Assembly: GCF_009834535.1 (NCBI RefSeq)
Contig: NC_045696.1
Span: forward strand, 48,114,001 to 48,178,000
Length of the DNA stretch: 64,000 nt
Reading direction: 5' to 3'
Source: Camelus ferus
Taxonomy: Eukaryota
This document shows positions 63,631-64,000 of the stretch, one piece after another. The position numbers were made by a program, and so were the translations under genes. The first letter of the stretch is position 1, and every line of letters begins with the position of its first letter. Below the pieces are notes generated by a model, which made no database searches, was not told the origin of the DNA, and saw only the letters and a list, made by a program, of their open reading frames with translations.

Positions 63631-64000
63631 TCAGAAAGTTCCATTTTAGGAAATAAAGTTGAGGAGGGGCAAGACAGAAGTGCCTCTGAGTTTCGTATGT
63701 GACAGCTGAAGAATTCTAATGGCTGAACATTTTTTGTTTAGGTCACTATTTCAAAGGGATTACCCATTGGATAGATAGATGTTAACATATTAAATAGCTC
63801 ATGTTCACTCAACAACTTACATCTTAACTAGTCAGATGTATTTTGATTTAATGCTTTAATTCTTTGTATGTGTAGCTGCATTCATGGCAGCTTCGTTTGT
63901 CTGAATTTGGCAACTCCTGTGAGGTCGTTTTCTGTAAACTTAGTGCATTGCCATCATCAATCAGGTAATTAAACATTTGTGTTGTTGTATATGATGAATT

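Noticed and set aside
1..64000. Most ORF-track entries (60-140 aa)
   Set aside because: They are short, often start at GTG/TTG, overlap on both strands, frequently lie in repeats, and show no recognisable domains. This is the expected background for mammalian non-coding DNA.
1..64000. CRISPR arrays, operons, tRNA/rRNA/snRNA genes, NUMTs
   Set aside because: I saw no regularly spaced repeat-spacer array, no gene-dense organisation and no recognisable structural RNA or mitochondrial sequence by eye. An Rfam scan was not run.

Overview
This is AT-rich, CpG-depleted placental-mammal nuclear DNA, intergenic or deep-intronic. I recognise no host protein-coding gene, RNA gene, CRISPR array or prokaryotic system. 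The only ORF-track translations with recognisable homology are decayed LINE-1 ORF1/ORF2 pieces. Much of the window is interspersed repeat: L1 of several ages, L2, MIR, MaLR/ERVL LTRs, and hAT and mariner fossils. The young L1 3' ends resemble, from memory, camelid-type cetartiodactyl L1. No Alu, B1, PRE-1, Bov-tA, CHR or SINEC SINEs are visible, which suggests a camelid source (inference). The most notable structures are: (1) a TSD-flanked 1.85-kb L1 derivative whose 5'UTR is fused directly to the end of ORF2 (16763-18616); (2) a 5'-intact L1 that breaks off inside ORF2 (about 6025-9960); (3) nested insertions, namely L2>MER58B>L1 and MLT1>two-LTR ERVL remnant; (4) a strong CTCF-like motif; (5) several repeat-free, enhancer-like blocks and orphan exon-like segments that might belong to unannotated spliced transcripts. 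Repeat subfamily names come from recalled consensus sequences, and boundaries without a TSD are approximate. I did not find a convincing new biological system.
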